Positions 58,468 through 61,892 of a DNA stretch of 61,892 nt are shown here, piece by piece. The stretch's first letter is position 1. Every line of letters starts with the position of its first letter. Position numbers and translations under genes: made by a program. The stretch is from positions 1-61,892 of the forward strand of contig JACDQK010000078.1 of assembly GCA_015657645.1 (NCBI GenBank), written 5' to 3'. The notes under the pieces are model-generated. The model was not told where the DNA came from. It worked only from the letters and a program-made list of their open reading frames with translations, and did not search any database. Origin of the DNA: Novosphingobium sp. (GTDB lineage: Bacteria; Pseudomonadota; Alphaproteobacteria; Sphingomonadales; Sphingomonadaceae).

Positions 58468-59502
58468 TCAGCCCGTCGTGCTGGCCCGCACGATCAGCCG
58501 CGGCGGCAGGCTGCGGTTGTCCTGGGCGCGGTCCTCGATCTGCTCAGCCAGGGTTTCGACCAGCAGCTCGCCCGCGGCGATCAGGTCCTGCTGCACGGTG
58601 GTCAGCGGCGGGCTGGTCAGGCTGGCGGCGGGGATATCGTCAAAGCCGACCACGGCGACATCGCCCGGCACCGTCCGCCCGGCCTCGGCCAGTGCGCGCA
58701 TCGCCCCGATCGCGATCAGGTCACTGGCGGCGAAGACTGCATCGAACTCGGCGCCCCGGTCCAGCAAGGCGCGGATCGCCGCGCGGCCATCGCCTTCGCT
58801 GGAGAGGGCCGGGACCTGCAGCGCCGGATCGGCGATCAGGCCGGCCGCGCCCATCGCTTCGGTCAGCCCGCGATAGCGGTCGGCGAATTCGGGGTAATGC
58901 TCGTCAGCATGGCCCAGGAAGGCGATCCGGCGCCGCCCCAGCTCAAGCAGGTGTTCGCCTGCCAGCCGCCCGGCGGCGACATTGTCGGTGCCGACGGTGG
59001 CCCCGATCGTATCCTCACGCACCGAGCCCCAGCGCACGAAGCGGGTGTCATGCTCGACCAGCTCGTTCAGCCGCTGGGTGTAGAGCGTATAGTCCCCATA
59101 GCCGAGCAGGATCAGCCCGTCGGCGCGGTGGCTGTCCTGGTAACGGGTGTGCCAATCGTCCTCCAGCTTCTGGAACGAGATGAGGAGGTCCAGCCCGCGA
59201 TTGGCGGTCGCGCGGGTGATCGCGCCGAGCATGGCCAGGAAGAAGGGGTTGATGTTCGCCCCGTCCGGCGTCGGGTCTTCGAAGAACAGCAGCGCGATCG
59301 TGTGCGAGCGCTGCGAACGCAGCGAAGAGGCGTTCTTGTCGACCGAGTAATTGAGCTCCCGCGCAATCTCCTGGATTCGCTGGCGGGTGGCGAGGCTGAC
59401 CGATTTTGACCCGCGCAGCGCGCGGCTGACCGTCGGCTGCGAGACCCCCGCCAGATAGGCGATGTCAAAGCTCGTCGGCTTGGTTGAGGGCTTGCGGCCC
59501 AT
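58468..59502 (-). CDS. LacI-family transcriptional regulator (MalR-like)
   Basis: TSFDIAYLAGVSQPTVSRAL HTH; VVGFDDI; PPLTTV; RBS GAGAGGA. Confidence 0.92.
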   Translation of the reverse strand: MGRKPSTKPTSFDIAYLAGVSQPTVSRALRGSKSVSLATRQRIQEIARELNYSVDKNASSLRSQRSHTIALLFFEDPTPDGANINPFFLAMLGAITRATANRGLDLLISFQKLEDDWHTRYQDSHRADGLILLGYGDYTLYTQRLNELVEHDTRFVRWGSVREDTIGATVGTDNVAAGRLAGEHLLELGRRRIAFLGHADEHYPEFADRYRGLTEAMGAAGLIADPALQVPALSSEGDGRAAIRALLDRGAEFDAVFAASDLIAIGAMRALAEAGRTVPGDVAVVGFDDIPAASLTSPPLTTVQQDLIAAGELLVETLAEQIEDRAQDNRSLPPRLIVRASTTG

Positions 59503-59721
59503 TTCCTCTCCTGCCCCGCCGGTCTTGGTGCCGGCACCGGTGCGAGGATAGCGCTTCAGCCGCCCAGCGCAATTGCCAAGTCCACCGATTCTGGCCCTTT
59601 GCGCTGCCAAACTAGCAAATTGGCGAATGGGCAGGACCCGCCCCTCACCGCATGACGACAAGCTGAGGAAGAGGCCTGCTTTGGCGGGCCCCGACCGAGC
59701 GAGCAAACCCGAGAGAACACC

Positions 59722-60692
59722 ATGCAACTCAGTCGCGAGCAAATGCTGCAGGCCTATCGCCGGATGAAGATCATCCGCGAGTTCGAAGAGCGTCTGCATA
59801 TCGACATCGCCACCGGCGCGATTGCCGGCTTCACGCACCTTTACTGCGGCCAGGAAGCCGTCGCGGTCGGGTCTGCGAGCATCTCGATACCGCGGACAAG
59901 ATCGTCTCGACCCACCGCGGCCACGGCCACTGCCTGGCCAAGGGCTGCGATGTCGACGGGATGATGAAGGAAATCTGGGGCAGCCGCGAAGGCCTGTGCA
60001 AGGGCAAGGGCGGCTCGATGCATATCGCCGATGTCGATGTCGGCATGCTCGGTGCCAATGGCATCGTTGGTGCCGGTGCCCCGATTGCGGTTGGGGCGGC
60101 GCTGGCCGCCAAGCTCGACGGCAAAGGCAAGGTCGCGATTACCTTCTCGGGCGACGGGGCCTGCAACCAGGGCACCACGTTTGAAGCGATGAACATGGCA
60201 GTGGTGACCAAGGCGCCCTGCATCTTCGTGTTCGAAAACAACCACTATTCCGAACACACCGGCTTCGAATATGCCGTCGGCACCCAGCTGGACATCGCCA
60301 GCCGCGCCGAAGCCTTTGGCATGAAGGTCTGGCGCGCCGACGGGACCGATTTCTTCGCGGTCCACGAAACCATGCGCGAACTGCTCGACTATGTCCGTGC
60401 CGGCAATGGCCCGGCGGCGGTCGAGTTTGATACCGAACGGTTCTTCGGCCACTTCGAAGGCGATCCTCAGCGCTACCGCGGTGAGGGTGAGCTCGACCGG
60501 ATCCGCGAGACCCGCGATTGCCTCAAGAAGTTCCGGGCCAGCGTCGTATCGGCCAAGGTGCTGACCGACGCCGATCTCGACACCATCGATGCCGAGGTGC
60601 TGGACCAGATCGAGGCGGCAGTCGTTGCCGCCCGCGCCGCGCCGCGCCCCACTGCCGAAGACGTCCTGGCCGACGTCTACGTCGCCTACTGA
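59722..60692 (+). CDS. acoA: TPP-dependent dehydrogenase E1 alpha (acetoin dehydrogenase AcoA-like); 1-bp deletion near 59870
   Basis: GFTHLYCGQEA, STHRGHGH, GKGGSMH, GDGACNQG..N, GHFEGD. Confidence 0.8.
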
Positions 60693-60708
60693 GCCGGAGA
60701 CCTTCGCA

Positions 60709-61719
60709 ATGGCCAAGATGATGTACCGCGATGCCGTCCGCTCGACGATTTTCGAAGCGATGGAAGGCGATGACCGGGTGGTGGTCCTGGGTGAGGACGT
60801 GGTCGGCGGCATGGGCACGGCCGGCGGCCCCGAAGCGATCGGCGGGATCTGGTCGACCTCGACCGGCCTTTATGACCGCTTCGGCGCGGATCGGGTGATC
60901 GACACCCCGATTTCCGAAAGCGCGATCGTCGGCGCTGCCGGCGGCCTCGCGCTCGCCGGCAAGAAGCCGATCGCCGAGCTGATGTTTGCCGACTTCATCG
61001 GCGTGTCGCTTGACCAGATCTGGAACCAGATCGCCAAGTTCCGCTACATGTTCGGCGGCAAGTCGACCTGCCCGGCGATCATCCGCATGGCCTATGGTGG
61101 CGGCTTCAACGCGGCGGCCCAGCACAGCCAGTCGGTCCATCATTTCCTCACCGCCATGCCCGGCCTCAAGGTCGTCATGCCCTCGACCCCCGAAGACGTG
61201 CGCGGCCTGCTGCGCGAGGCGCTGCGCGGGGACGATCCGGTGATCTTCCTGGAGCACAAGGCGCTGTACGGCGTGACTGGCGAAGTGCCGGATGGTGACT
61301 GGACCATTCCCTTCGGCCACGCCCGTCTGACCCGCGCCGGCCAGGACCTGACCATGGTCGCGACCGGGCTGATGGTTGGCCGCTGCGAAGCGGCTGCCGA
61401 TGCTCTCGCCAAGGACGGGATCGGCTGCGACGTGATCGACCTGCGCACCACCAGCCCGATGGATGAGGAAGCGATCCTCGATTCGGTCGAAGTGACCGGG
61501 CGGTTGGTGGTGGTCGATGAAGCGCCGCAGCGCTGCAGCCTGGCGACCGACATTTCCGCGCTGGTTGCGCAAAAGGCCTTTGCCAGCCTCAAGGCGCCGA
61601 TCGAAATGGTCTGCGCGCCGCATTCGCCGGTGCCTTTCGCGCTCGAGCTGGAGCAGGCCTACCTGCCATCGGCGGCCAAGATCGAAGCGGCGGCCCGCAA
61701 GGTCCTCGGGTACCGCTAG
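60709..61719 (+). CDS. acoB: TPP-dependent dehydrogenase E1 beta (AcoB-like)
   Basis: GEDV, DTPISE, AAQHSQ, DPVIFLEHK. Confidence 0.8.
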   Translation: MAKMMYRDAVRSTIFEAMEGDDRVVVLGEDVVGGMGTAGGPEAIGGIWSTSTGLYDRFGADRVIDTPISESAIVGAAGGLALAGKKPIAELMFADFIGVSLDQIWNQIAKFRYMFGGKSTCPAIIRMAYGGGFNAAAQHSQSVHHFLTAMPGLKVVMPSTPEDVRGLLREALRGDDPVIFLEHKALYGVTGEVPDGDWTIPFGHARLTRAGQDLTMVATGLMVGRCEAAADALAKDGIGCDVIDLRTTSPMDEEAILDSVEVTGRLVVVDEAPQRCSLATDISALVAQKAFASLKAPIEMVCAPHSPVPFALELEQAYLPSAAKIEAAARKVLGYR

Positions 61720-61729
61720 GAGGCGAGAG

Positions 61730-61892
61730 ATGAGCAAGCTCCGCCCCTTCTGCATGCCCAAGTGGGGCATCGAAATGACCGAGGCACGATTGCCGAATGG
61801 ATGGTCGGCGAAGGTGACCGGGTGAAGCGTGGCGACACGATCTGCCTGATCGAAACCGCCAAGATCACCAACGAGGTCGAGGCCGAGAATGA
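61730..61892 (+). CDS. acoC: Dihydrolipoamide acyltransferase E2 lipoyl domain (AcoC-like), partial; deletion near 61784
   Basis: MPKWGIEMTEG, WMVGEGD, IETAKITNEVEA; RBS GGAGG. Confidence 0.75.

Noticed and set aside
59560-59720. sigma54 promoter for the aco operon
   Set aside because: No convincing TGGCAC-N5-TTGC with correct spacing, and no AcoR-like activator adjacent

Overview
GC-rich alphaproteobacterial chromosome segment, most consistent with Sphingomonadales (Novosphingobium-like), judged from gene content and order (holA-lptE-leuS-DUF3576, phbB, murA/galU, glnE-bcp-DUF455-M23). Bases 1-20.4 kb form a capsule/EPS locus in two converging arms. The + strand modification arm holds GT4s, an SGNH protein, a methyltransferase, a WcaF-like acetyltransferase, an NTP_transf_5 protein, a GT4-methyltransferase-LicD triple fusion and three phage tailspike-like genes without signal peptides. 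The - strand export arm holds a priming transferase, a small Cys/Gly-rich exported protein, an O-antigen ligase/Wzy-like protein, OPX, Wzc and a TPR-like protein. The rest is housekeeping and catabolic genes (Rieske oxygenase, P450 plus acyl-CoA ligase, hppD, a maltose-type MFS/LacI pair, an acetoin-type E1a/E1b/E2), a HAD-UbiA/SMR/GT-C glycosylation cassette and a TonB-dependent receptor. About a dozen genes, including essential leuS, carry 1-bp indels in G/C runs, which I read as long-read sequencing errors rather than pseudogenes. Best leads: (1) the tailspike/head-fibre-like trio inside the capsule locus, behind an RBS-occluding hairpin; (2) a LuxR-TM-DUF4019 gene with a nested in-frame exported isoform that has its own perfect Shine-Dalgarno; (3) the GT4-MTase-LicD fusion; (4) a possible protein-anchored glycan system; (5) a lipid-linked pentofuranose cassette lacking DprE1/E2; (6) an unannotated 44-aa ORF ending in LAA. 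I saw no rRNA, tRNA, CRISPR array, transposase or integrase. All family calls are from motif recognition by eye; no database was searched.
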